Virus record (IMG/VR): IMGVR_UViG_3300038492_000430
Coordinates: 1 to 45,078 of that record
Direction: 5' to 3' (one strand)
Origin: a virus
Lineage: Duplodnaviria; Caudoviricetes
Length of the DNA: 45,078 bases
The position numbers were made by a program, and so were the translations under genes. A model generated the notes under the pieces. It saw only the letters and a program-made list of their open reading frames with translations. It searched no databases and was not told the DNA's origin. Of this stretch, positions 18,011 to 26,979 are shown one piece after another. Position 1 is the stretch's first letter. Every line of letters begins with the position of its first letter.

Positions 18011-19096
18011 TTAGAACGCTGCTTCTTGGTATCTGAGCTTCAACTCTGCTTTCACTTCTTCGATTCTGTGATATGTCTCATCTAATTCGTTTTCGTCTTC
18101 AATATAGTTTAAGAATAGTTCCTCGATCTCAAGAACTTCTACGAGTTCGTCCGACGTCATCCGGTCGAGCGGAAGACTACGGTAGAAGTCGATGGTATCT
18201 TGCTCGCTCTCTCGTGCGTTCATGTAATCTTCTTCGGTTGGGTTTTCGATTACGTTACCTTCTGTATCGAGCACAAGGAGCTGTAAGGCCCCTTCCTCTT
18301 CAACTTCGAAGTTGAGGTCATCTTGAATGTTTTCGTTGGTTATAGGCGCCTCAGGCAGGAGCTTCGTTGTGTGATTGAGGTTGCGCGCGAAGTCAATGTC
18401 TAAGTTGTGCCTGAACGGGTACTTCTTCTCTATTGTCTGTTCGTTAAAGTGATATTGATAGACTGTGTGCGCTGGAACGCTGTACGAGTGCTTATTCTTC
18501 ACTTTTGAGCCTAAGAGAAATGTTCCCGCTTTTGTGAACGTGTACGCAAGCGGCGTACCATCTGTACCGTAATAGATTTCTTGTAAGGCACCTTGTGTGT
18601 CAGTGACCCAGACAATGAACGCAGCCCAGCCCTTCGTCCGGATTGTCGTTTTACCATTACTCTCTAAGTAAGTAACAAGCTCGTACGCTAACGACTCAGA
18701 GTCATTGAATTCAGCACCGTTTGCTGTTTTGTATTCGTATCCTTCCTTCTCATGAATTCGGCGTAAAACATCTGCGTTACTGATAACGCCGTTGTGTACG
18801 ACAAAGTAATGCTTTCCTCCCTTCTCAATGTGCATCGGGTGCGTTTGCTGTATTGTGTTCTTTGAACTTGTTGGGAAACGATGATGGAAAAGGATCAAGT
18901 TAGATGGTTGTTGTAACAACTGCTTCATCGTCTCCGTTTCATTTTCTGCACGGATTAAGAACGAGCCATTCGGTTTCTTTAATAGTACTCCGAACCCTTC
19001 TACTCCCCGTTCGCGTTGTTTGTTAAATTGAACGATAATGGTGTCATTCACCTTTTTCTTCTCATCTCTATTGTGAGCAAAAACTATTCCACACAT
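18011..19096 (-). CDS. Class II (Ntn) glutamine amidotransferase, copy B, acidic C-terminal extension
   Basis: MCGI, QRERGVEGFG, HHR.PTS, HNG, FNDSE. Confidence 0.9.
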   Translation of the reverse strand: MCGIVFAHNRDEKKKVNDTIIVQFNKQRERGVEGFGVLLKKPNGSFLIRAENETETMKQLLQQPSNLILFHHRFPTSSKNTIQQTHPMHIEKGGKHYFVVHNGVISNADVLRRIHEKEGYEYKTANGAEFNDSESLAYELVTYLESNGKTTIRTKGWAAFIVWVTDTQGALQEIYYGTDGTPLAYTFTKAGTFLLGSKVKNKHSYSVPAHTVYQYHFNEQTIEKKYPFRHNLDIDFARNLNHTTKLLPEAPITNENIQDDLNFEVEEEGALQLLVLDTEGNVIENPTEEDYMNARESEQDTIDFYRSLPLDRMTSDELVEVLEIEELFLNYIEDENELDETYHRIEEVKAELKLRYQEAAF

Positions 19097-19099
19097 AGG

Positions 19100-20017
19100 C
19101 TAAATCTTTAAGTTTGTTAATAAATACTCTTTCGTCGTTTGTTCAATGTTTAAGATTTCCAACATCTTTTGCGCACGATTACGCGCATGAGACAGCTTTT
19201 CTTTTTCACAGAATTGTTTCAACTTCTTTCCGTGTTCGAAAACTTCCATTAATACTTTCTTGTCATAACTTCTTCGAACCCAGTCAACTACTCCGGTGGT
19301 GAAATCTGCCCAGTGGCATAAGCGTTGTGCGTCCAAACTTCCTTCTAAGTAGCGGATTTCGATAGTGTTGAAATTCCCTCGTAATGCAAAACCATATTTA
19401 CCTTGAACGAAGTTCCGCACACTCGCCGGCGGTTGCTCTTCTCGTGTTAAGAACTGTATGAGTTCTTCTACTTCGTCTCCGTAAGCTTCCTTGTAGATCT
19501 TCTCTATATCTCCTACATGTGATCGATTACGCATTTCTGGAATAATCGAGTGCAACATAAGTTGGTTGTAAGCGACAAACATAGCGTAAACTCTATACTT
19601 CAATGTCGCGCTAGCACCCCCTAAGCCGATATGAATATGCGCTCCGCAACGTTGGTTGCCATCATAACCTTGTGATTTTAATGTTTCGCAAACATCCTCT
19701 AAGTACTGTTCTCGTTCTCTTCTTGGTAATATTGGCGTTTTAAATTCTCTCCCTGCACTTCCATCGAAAGTGCAAGTCAATGACTCGGGTAATTCCGCTA
19801 AAGCAAGGGAAAATGGAGAATCTTCACAATAGTTGTAGCATATATCGCAACGATCTTCTGGCTCTGAAGATGTAAGATCTTCGGACCTGTTACACTCTAA
19901 TTCATAACCAATATGTAAATCTTGCCCTAAGTCCATGATATCGATATCGTCGGGATTCACGAAAGCGTTTGTTACTCCGGCTCGTAAATCTTGTGGTTCT
20001 CCTTGGCAGTTAGGCAT
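19100..20017 (-). CDS. Putative amidoligase (COOH-NH2 ligase), copy B
   Basis: GYELE, DGS, EFKTP, CGAHIH, NTIEIRYLEGSL. Confidence 0.85.
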   Translation of the reverse strand: MPNCQGEPQDLRAGVTNAFVNPDDIDIMDLGQDLHIGYELECNRSEDLTSSEPEDRCDICYNYCEDSPFSLALAELPESLTCTFDGSAGREFKTPILPRREREQYLEDVCETLKSQGYDGNQRCGAHIHIGLGGASATLKYRVYAMFVAYNQLMLHSIIPEMRNRSHVGDIEKIYKEAYGDEVEELIQFLTREEQPPASVRNFVQGKYGFALRGNFNTIEIRYLEGSLDAQRLCHWADFTTGVVDWVRRSYDKKVLMEVFEHGKKLKQFCEKEKLSHARNRAQKMLEILNIEQTTKEYLLTNLKI

Positions 20018-20234
20018 ATGGATTTGATGCGATAATAGATAGCCACTCGGTCCCTATCAACTCTTCAGTTCGTAGTTTAAACGCTTGTCCTTCTTCTGGT
20101 GTAAACTTTGAGCGCCAAACTTTGTATTGTTCGCTCTCGAAAACCAAGTCTTCATCTTCCGTTTCATGAAGTGACGGTAATTCATCAATCATTGAGGCCG
20201 GAAGTTCGAGAATCTCGTAAAATTTAAAGTCCAT
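20010..20234 (-). CDS. Small acidic hypothetical protein
   Basis: ORF in the early operon. Confidence 0.75.
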   Translation of the reverse strand: MDFKFYEILELPASMIDELPSLHETEDEDLVFESEQYKVWRSKFTPEEGQAFKLRTEELIGTEWLSIIASNPYA

Positions 20235-20235
20235 A

Positions 20236-20721
20236 TTATTCGTTTGTTAATCCTGCGATGAAATTAAATACATTCGTTGCGTGCTCTCGTCGTGCTTCTC
20301 GTTGTGCGTACGCGATCAAATTATAACCTGTGTTGTCGTCTGCTGGTCCTGTGTAGTATTCATTTAATACCTGCGTCACATAATCCAAGTGGCAGGAAGA
20401 ATCTGCAAGCCACGCTGTTAGATCACTCGTGTAAATATCGACGTTGTTCTCAAACTCATGTAATGCGTCTTGTAACTTCTCTTCGTTTTGTGGGTCTAAA
20501 TCATGTAAAAGCTCCAACGCTTCTACAGTCCAGTCGTAAGCATACTCATTATTTAAATTCGCTGTTCGGATTATCTCCGTGAGTTGGTTTCGGATATCCT
20601 TTAATGGGTGCGTATCCTCTAACGCTTCTTCGGTAAAGCAGATAACTTGTTTTCCATCTTCTTTGGTTATAAGAGTGAACAGGTCAAGTAACTGGTCGCT
20701 TACTTCTTTGTAAGTTTTCAT
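20236..20721 (-). CDS. Ocr-like acidic DNA-mimic antirestriction protein
   Basis: LQDALHEFENNVDIYTSDL aligns by eye with T7 Ocr [20 protein letters not shown]; acidic and helical; early position. Confidence 0.6.
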   Translation of the reverse strand: MKTYKEVSDQLLDLFTLITKEDGKQVICFTEEALEDTHPLKDIRNQLTEIIRTANLNNEYAYDWTVEALELLHDLDPQNEEKLQDALHEFENNVDIYTSDLTAWLADSSCHLDYVTQVLNEYYTGPADDNTGYNLIAYAQREARREHATNVFNFIAGLTNE

Positions 20722-20737
20722 ATTGTTTTATTGAAAA

Positions 20738-20833
20738 TTAATTTAAAGCTGTTGTTATCCGATGTAGTTGATACGCATTCAAGATCGCGAGTGTTGAGGC
20801 CACTACAACAAGGCCGATGATGATATACTTCAT
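20738..20833 (-). CDS. 31-aa single-TM peptide (MKYIIIGLVVVASTLAILNAY...), not in ORF track
   Basis: AT-rich leader like its neighbours; hydrophobic helix. Confidence 0.6.
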   Translation of the reverse strand: MKYIIIGLVVVASTLAILNAYQLHRITTALN

Positions 20834-20931
20834 GATATAAGTTATTTATGGTATATTACACACAAGGGAACATTTTCACGGTGTCGTAAAATATTCACTT
20901 ATGTGTAAGGCCGACGAATCGGCCGACATGA

Positions 20932-21027
20932 TCAGACGATCATGTCGAGATAGTCGCCAAGCGGTACGACGCGCTCCAGCAGAACCTGGACGGAACGGGG
21001 CGAATGAGCGTAAATGTAAGCGAGCAT
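20932..21027 (-). CDS. 31-aa micro-ORF (MLAYIYAHSPRSVQVLLERVVPLGDYLDMIV)
   Basis: CAGGAG RBS 7 nt upstream; stop codon within a hairpin. Confidence 0.5.
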   Translation of the reverse strand: MLAYIYAHSPRSVQVLLERVVPLGDYLDMIV

Positions 21028-21192
21028 ATTATTTCTCCTGTAATGAGCGTTTCAGTGGATTAGTCCGCTGATAGTTGCGCACGTCATAGAGACGTACACA
21101 ACCTATCAAAGGGCTAGTAACTGTATCGGGTCATGAATACGATCAATTCCGTTACAGTCATTTGCTTGATCTGTCGAGATAGTAGCTTCATA

Positions 21193-21474
21193 TTATACAC
21201 GTGATGTTTCGAACATTAACGGTGCGCTTTCACGCCAACCAATAGCGTCTTGGTTTAATACTTCGTTCAATGTTCGCATTGCTGTTTGTAGCATTGAATC
21301 ATCTTCAAGGGTTAAGTCTACTACCACGCTAGGCTCGTTAGATCCCTGCCAACGTCCGTTGGCCTGCGTGATTGTGTAACCTTCAAAGTACTGATCTAAC
21401 GTTTGTTGGATCTTCTCCAACTCTACTTGTTTTGTATCGTTATTTGCTCCGATGAATAGTTGAAAACCTTTCAT
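21193..21474 (-). CDS. SAM lyase/hydrolase-like protein (T3 SAMase / DUF3574-type)
   Basis: GYTI...G-R-W...E-P-S-VVV...LNQDAI matches the G-x-W/Y, E-x-S/T and Q-D/E-x-V/I pattern; first gene of the early operon. Confidence 0.6.
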   Translation of the reverse strand: MKGFQLFIGANNDTKQVELEKIQQTLDQYFEGYTITQANGRWQGSNEPSVVVDLTLEDDSMLQTAMRTLNEVLNQDAIGWRESAPLMFETSRV

Positions 21475-21509
21475 ATATTTATATTGTAATGAATTACTTA
21501 ACTATTTAT

Positions 21510-21538
21510 ATAATAAATCTTTTAGCTAAAACGTGCAA
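21510..21538 (-). promoter_or_regulatory. Early promoter with perfect palindrome TTTTAGCTAAAA in the spacer
   Basis: TTGCAC-17 nt-TATTAT; palindrome at 21520-21531. Confidence 0.7.
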
Positions 21539-21574
21539 GTGTATAGTGGGTACAACTGTTAATAACTTTATAAA

Positions 21575-22078
21575 ATGGCTAAGTCTAGCAAAAAAACAAA
21601 GAGTTTGACAAAGGCGGAGCAGGCAGCTAGAGCGACTCTCGCGTGTTTTGATGAGTTTGATTTAAAACCACAACACAAGTTATTCATCATCGAATACGTT
21701 GAGAATGGAGGTAATGGCGTACAAGCATACTTGAAGACTGTGGGGAAAAAGAGCACATATTCGCCGGCGGGTGCAAATGCTTATAAATTACTCAAGAAAG
21801 AAAAAATACAAAAAGCGATGAGCGCGTACTTGGAGGCTGTTGTATTGTCAAAAGGCTTTGTTACGTCAAATTTTTACGATATCGCACGCTATGCGAAAAG
21901 CGAAAGCGCACGCGTGAACGCAACCGATAAGCTCGCACGTTTAACGGGAATGTATAAAGACGCAGAGGGCGAAAGCGGTAACGGAAACACGTTAAACGTT
22001 CAAATTAACATGTCACCGATGCAAGAGATGAAGATTATGGATAACGATACAATAGACGTCGACGCAAAAGAGGGCTAA
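21575..22078 (+). CDS. terS: Terminase small subunit
   Basis: FIIEYVENGGNGVQAY...AGANAYKLLKKEKIQ HTH typical of TerS; upstream of TerL. Confidence 0.85.
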   Translation: MAKSSKKTKSLTKAEQAARATLACFDEFDLKPQHKLFIIEYVENGGNGVQAYLKTVGKKSTYSPAGANAYKLLKKEKIQKAMSAYLEAVVLSKGFVTSNFYDIARYAKSESARVNATDKLARLTGMYKDAEGESGNGNTLNVQINMSPMQEMKIMDNDTIDVDAKEG

Positions 22079-22458
22079 CCTTAGCCATTATATTTAATGT
22101 GTCGCACAATATACATTCTGCGACACAAGCACTAGATCGCTTTAGCTAAATCGTATGGGTATTTATACCCTCGTACACAAACTGTGGTGTCGTAAAATAC
22201 TCGATTCCGCCTAGAATGGGGTGAAAATAGGGGGAGGGGGTAGAAATAGCATGCGTAAAAAGTTGCATAGGTAGGTATATATAAAGGGGGTGGGGGGTAG
22301 GGGTGCTTCCGAAAAAAAATTCGAACGTATATACTACTACGCGCACAATTTTCAAGATTTCTCCAACGCTTAGCTAAAACTCAAAAACTCTAGTAAACGC
22401 CAACGATCCAAGAAAACGGACGCGTTAACACCAACTCCCAACTTTAACGAAAACATTT
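22079..22458. other. Non-coding G-run/palindrome region, candidate packaging site or genome end
   Basis: Inverted repeat 22098-22127, G tracts 22218-22303, TTAGCTAA sites; between terS and terL. Confidence 0.45.
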
Positions 22459-24024
22459 ATGGCACAGTCAAAGTTCGCGAAGGACACCAACGCTGAGCAC
22501 TACCACACTAAAGCTGCCCGCCTACGCAAAGAGAAGGCGAAGAAGACACAGGTGTGGTCACCGCAAAGAGGTCCCCAAGACGCTTTCTTACGCTCCCCAG
22601 TCGACGAACTCCTCTACGGAGGCGCCGCAGGAGGTGGGAAGTCGGAAGGGCTCGTCATTATGGCCGTTGCTCTTTGTCAGCAACATCCAGGTTATCGAGC
22701 CATCATCTTCCGACGGACATTTCCGGAGATTGAGAAGTCACTTGTCCCGCGTGTTTCCGCTCTCTTAGGTGGCATCGCACGCTCTCGGAACAAGGGGATG
22801 GAGTGGATCTTCCCGAATAAGTCGGTGCTTTACCTCTCTCACATGCAGCGTGAAGAGGATAAGGAGAAGCACAAATCTTCTGAATACGATTTCATTGGTT
22901 TTGACGAATTAACTTCCTTTACCGAAAGTCAATACACCTACCTCTTCTCTCGTTGCCGTGGGGCTCAAGACTATCCGCGTATGGTGCGCTCTGCCACAAA
23001 CCCTACCGGTATTGGCCACTCTTGGGTAAAGCAGCGGTTTGTGGACATGCCGAAGGATCAGAACGATAAGTTCCTTAATGTTACTCCATACGCGACCGTT
23101 CCATACGAATTTGCGTATGGGTGGCAAGCCAACGGTCAGGTGTATACCTCATTTTCAGATCTCCCGAAGTCATACGCGAAAGGAAGCCCAGTCTTTTCAG
23201 AGGAAGAATACGTCGTCTACAAAGAACGTAAATCCGGCCTCACTAGAGCGTTCCTCCCTGCCCTTCTGTGGGGTAACGCAGCACTTCTCAAGAACGACCC
23301 AGACTACGTTAAGCGTTTAGCGGCACTCGATCGCAAACAGCAGGAGGCGCTCTTGTACGGTAAATGGTCGATTTTCGAAGGTCAGTTCTTTGAAGAATGG
23401 GATAACGACATTCATACCTGTGATCCATTCTCGATCCCGTCTTCTTGGCAGCGGTTCGTGGCGATTGACTATGGGTACACTGCTCCTTTCGTTGCTCTCT
23501 TTGGTGCAATCAACGAAGATGGTGTATTATATATCTACCGAGAACTCTACGGCTCAAAACTTACAACGAAGGAGCAGGCGGAGTCGATTCTCGAATCGAT
23601 TCAGGAAAACGAACGTATCGAGTGGTTCGCGGCCGATCCTGCTATGTGGCAGCGACAAGGTACTGCGGAATCTCACTCAGACGTATACGCACGCCACAAC
23701 CTTCACCTTATCGCTTCCTCAAACAAACGTGTCCCAGGTTGGGCGATCGTGCACGAATACTTACATGCACACAAACTCGTTTTCTTCCGCAACTGCGTGA
23801 ACTCGATTCGCACGATACCAACACTCATGCACTCGAAAACGAATCCGGAAGACTTGGACACACATCAGGAAGATCACGCGGCCGACGCGCTTCGGTATAT
23901 GCTACTCACACTTCGTGGTCACAGGACGAATGTGCGAACAGAAGCACAAACTGTTCCAGATTGGTTTAAGGCTGTGAAGAAGAAACAAAAACAAAAACGT
24001 AAAAACAAACGACTTAGAATATGA
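22459..24024 (+). CDS. terL: Terminase large subunit
   Basis: GGAAGGGKS Walker A, FIGFDE Walker B, ATNP, IDYG and DHAADALRY nuclease motifs. Confidence 0.96.
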   Translation: MAQSKFAKDTNAEHYHTKAARLRKEKAKKTQVWSPQRGPQDAFLRSPVDELLYGGAAGGGKSEGLVIMAVALCQQHPGYRAIIFRRTFPEIEKSLVPRVSALLGGIARSRNKGMEWIFPNKSVLYLSHMQREEDKEKHKSSEYDFIGFDELTSFTESQYTYLFSRCRGAQDYPRMVRSATNPTGIGHSWVKQRFVDMPKDQNDKFLNVTPYATVPYEFAYGWQANGQVYTSFSDLPKSYAKGSPVFSEEEYVVYKERKSGLTRAFLPALLWGNAALLKNDPDYVKRLAALDRKQQEALLYGKWSIFEGQFFEEWDNDIHTCDPFSIPSSWQRFVAIDYGYTAPFVALFGAINEDGVLYIYRELYGSKLTTKEQAESILESIQENERIEWFAADPAMWQRQGTAESHSDVYARHNLHLIASSNKRVPGWAIVHEYLHAHKLVFFRNCVNSIRTIPTLMHSKTNPEDLDTHQEDHAADALRYMLLTLRGHRTNVRTEAQTVPDWFKAVKKKQKQKRKNKRLRI

Positions 24025-24299
24025 AGATAAAAGCTATCTCCCCACGTGAAGGATACTTTGTTACGAAACAATATCCACAAACACGCAAGCAAGATAAGAC
24101 GAACTTTGAAGTTGAAGAGAACACAGACGACTTCACTGTTTTCGCAGAAGTTGTTCACGCAAACCCGAAGAAGCTCTCCACTATTTCAAAAGGAGACAAC
24201 ATCATCTTCCAGCCGTTAGAGGCTCAACCATTCAGAGACGGTGACGAAGTTTACTACTTTATTAAAGAGAAGTACGTTCTAGGAACGTATAAAGACTAA
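24021..24299 (+). CDS. groES: GroES-like co-chaperonin
   Basis: 92 aa; I.P...Y, AEVV, ISKGDNIIF, YYFIKEKYVLG match the Cpn10 pattern (VKVGD.V.F...Y....E.DILA). Confidence 0.7.
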   Translation: MKIKAISPREGYFVTKQYPQTRKQDKTNFEVEENTDDFTVFAEVVHANPKKLSTISKGDNIIFQPLEAQPFRDGDEVYYFIKEKYVLGTYKD

Positions 24300-24313
24300 G
24301 ACCCAGTACTACT

Positions 24314-26392
24314 ATGCCGCAGGATAATCCGAATCCTAAAGGCTCCCGCTTGAAACGGTTCTTTAATCGTAAGAACCCCCGTTTAACCTATCGTTCGTTT
24401 AATTACGAAATCTATAAAGATCTTCGCACGAAGATGGAGAACTTCCGTCGTAATGCGTTCGGAGAAAAGATTGAGGAAATATGGCGAACACTGAACCATT
24501 CGTATCTCCCAGAAACGCACGACAAATTCGACAACTTCTTCGCTGACATTGAAGTTGATGTTGATGGTAATCTTTCCCCTTCCAAGCTAGGCTTTAATGA
24601 ATCAGATGATCTTGAGAGGTATAAGGAACCGATTGTCGCAGTGAAGATCCATACAGCGCTCTCGATCCTTACTCAGCGTACACCGAACGTGCAGTGGGCT
24701 TCAGACTCAGATCTTTATAAAGAACGAGCAGAAGTTCTAGACGCGCTGCGTAAACGTGACTGGAAAGACGAACAAACACGTGCCCAGTACACGTTGCTTT
24801 GGTTTTATAATATTCTTTTTGGGACGGCATACTGGCGTCGTTACTATGTGAAAGAGACGCGCGATGTTCATTACGCTTCTTCGATAGATCTTGCAGAAGA
24901 TAAGATTAAGTACAGTAAAGGAAAGATTGTCGATTTCGATCAAACAACAGGTGAAGCGCTTTCACCGTTACAGGTGTGGATCGATCCATCGACGCGGCCA
25001 GGGAAGCCTCGCTCAATGCGTTATGTGAAGTACGATAAAGTTTACGATTATCAGACCTTCTTACGTCTCTTCAAAGGCGTCGCTCGAGCGAAAGATCTAG
25101 AGAAAGTTATTCCGACAACAATAAAAGACCACTCTGGAGACGACAACGTCAAGTGTGAGTTCTTCGAACATAAAGACCTCGACCTCTACTACGTTGTTGC
25201 GAACGACAAGCCAATCCTGAAGTCTCACCTTCCGAACAACCACAAGCAGTTGTCTGTGAAGATGGTGACGTGGATGCCACGTTCATCACGTAGCCCGTTT
25301 GGTCTTGGACCAATTGAGATGATGCAGGAGTCAAAAGATGCACTTCACGACTTCTTCTCAATGACAATGAACCAGGTGAAGTTCTCTATCTTCAAAGCGG
25401 CCTTCTACACAGGGTCCGTTAACTTCGACAACGAAGAAGGTGATGAAGTCCGTATTCGACCAGATCGGATGATTAAAGCGTCGAATCCAAAAGACATCAA
25501 GTTCTTCGAAGTTCCAGGACCAGGTAGAGATTCGTGGGAGGCGGTGAATGCACACCGAGGTCGCATTGACGAAGCCTCTGGAATCAATCGTCCACTTGGC
25601 GGCGAGATTACGGGAACAACGGCATTTGAAACAGATCTTGCGAAAGATGCAGCCCTTGCCCGTCTTGGGGTGCCAATTGCTTCGATTGTGAATGCGCTTG
25701 CGTGGGATGCGGAGATTATGTTTGAGCTGCAGAAGCAGCATTACTCTCTCCCAGACGTGACCGAAATGGTTGATCCGGATGAGATCGAGCAAGCGATTGA
25801 GGAGATGAAACGTGTGAACTTAGATCCAGAAGGGAAAGCGAAGTTCGACATTTGGTTTGACGAAACAGATCCAGATAACCCACGTGTATTCCGAGGTGAC
25901 TACCGTACAGCTTCTCTTTCACGGGAGGCAGAAGACATGTCTGCTCAAGCAGAACTTGCTTCAGAGGAAGTACTACTGACACCAGAGGTCTTTGACTGGA
26001 AAGGGAAGATCCACGTTGTTGCTGACTCGATCCTACAGATCACTCCAACACTGGAGCGAACGAAGAAGTTGGAGTTCTACAACCTCATCATTCCGATGTT
26101 TCAGCAGCCACCAGAGCTTGCGGCAAAGCCAGCACGAGCGCTTGCAAAACTGTATTCTGAATCGTATAAAGACCTCTTCCCAGAGTTCTGGATCGATTAT
26201 CTACGGCAAGTAGACTCACGGAAAGCTCCACCTACTTCTTATGAAGCACTCGCGATGCGGTTTCAGCAAGTACAGCAAGGGCCACAACCAGGTCCGAACT
26301 TTGAACAAATGGGGCCAGATCAAGTTGTCACAAATGTGAACGGTCAACGAAACGCACAGGCGGCAGCTTCCGAGGCGAATAATCCATCATAA
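24314..26392 (+). CDS. Portal protein
   Basis: 692 aa after TerL; LSPLQVWIDP, SPFGLGP, IDEASGI, TAFE segments; Gln-rich tail as in P22-like portals. Confidence 0.85.
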   Translation: MPQDNPNPKGSRLKRFFNRKNPRLTYRSFNYEIYKDLRTKMENFRRNAFGEKIEEIWRTLNHSYLPETHDKFDNFFADIEVDVDGNLSPSKLGFNESDDLERYKEPIVAVKIHTALSILTQRTPNVQWASDSDLYKERAEVLDALRKRDWKDEQTRAQYTLLWFYNILFGTAYWRRYYVKETRDVHYASSIDLAEDKIKYSKGKIVDFDQTTGEALSPLQVWIDPSTRPGKPRSMRYVKYDKVYDYQTFLRLFKGVARAKDLEKVIPTTIKDHSGDDNVKCEFFEHKDLDLYYVVANDKPILKSHLPNNHKQLSVKMVTWMPRSSRSPFGLGPIEMMQESKDALHDFFSMTMNQVKFSIFKAAFYTGSVNFDNEEGDEVRIRPDRMIKASNPKDIKFFEVPGPGRDSWEAVNAHRGRIDEASGINRPLGGEITGTTAFETDLAKDAALARLGVPIASIVNALAWDAEIMFELQKQHYSLPDVTEMVDPDEIEQAIEEMKRVNLDPEGKAKFDIWFDETDPDNPRVFRGDYRTASLSREAEDMSAQAELASEEVLLTPEVFDWKGKIHVVADSILQITPTLERTKKLEFYNLIIPMFQQPPELAAKPARALAKLYSESYKDLFPEFWIDYLRQVDSRKAPPTSYEALAMRFQQVQQGPQPGPNFEQMGPDQVVTNVNGQRNAQAAASEANNPS

Positions 26393-26395
26393 TAT

Positions 26396-26611
26396 ATGCA
26401 GACTCCCAACATTCCCTTAGACAAACAGCTAAAGCTTTTAGGGAAACAATATCCGAAAGCGCTTGACCATCTTCTTATTCAACTAACTAAGAAGTACCAA
26501 GAGGAGTTCACCTCTCCTTCTTCTATAGACGAGGCAGCAATAGGTTCTATAAAGATCCATGCGAAGCTTTCTACCCTTATGGATTTGCGAGAAGCATTCT
26601 TCAAAAACTGA
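26396..26611 (+). CDS. Small hypothetical protein
   Basis: Helical ORF directly after the portal gene. Confidence 0.7.
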   Translation: MQTPNIPLDKQLKLLGKQYPKALDHLLIQLTKKYQEEFTSPSSIDEAAIGSIKIHAKLSTLMDLREAFFKN

Positions 26612-26612
26612 T

Positions 26613-26969
26613 ATGATTAAACATCCAGAAAAATTTAGACTTCCCACTAGCTCACGAGATCGTGTTGAACTTCTCGTGAACTGGAATGAGGATGTCGCGA
26701 CAGCTCAATACGTGAAAATGCGTATAAACGATGAGTATGATATAATTATTCCACGAACTGCTTTCATTCGAGCTGCGATGTTTATCGGAGATGCAGAAGA
26801 ACAAGAAGAGCTAATTCCGACACGACAGATTCCTATCAGACGGGTGAAGAAGAAGGTAACAGTTGAACTTCTGAAAGATTTCAAAGCAGGAGAAACGATT
26901 ACAATCGAACCATCGTTTGATGTACCTCTTGTGAACGTAGAAGAGTTCACCGCAATTAATAATAAATAA
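26613..26969 (+). CDS. Hypothetical protein
   Basis: Start reassigned to ATG 26613, just after the upstream stop. Confidence 0.7.
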   Translation: MIKHPEKFRLPTSSRDRVELLVNWNEDVATAQYVKMRINDEYDIIIPRTAFIRAAMFIGDAEEQEELIPTRQIPIRRVKKKVTVELLKDFKAGETITIEPSFDVPLVNVEEFTAINNK

Positions 26970-26979
26970 CTCCCCATTT

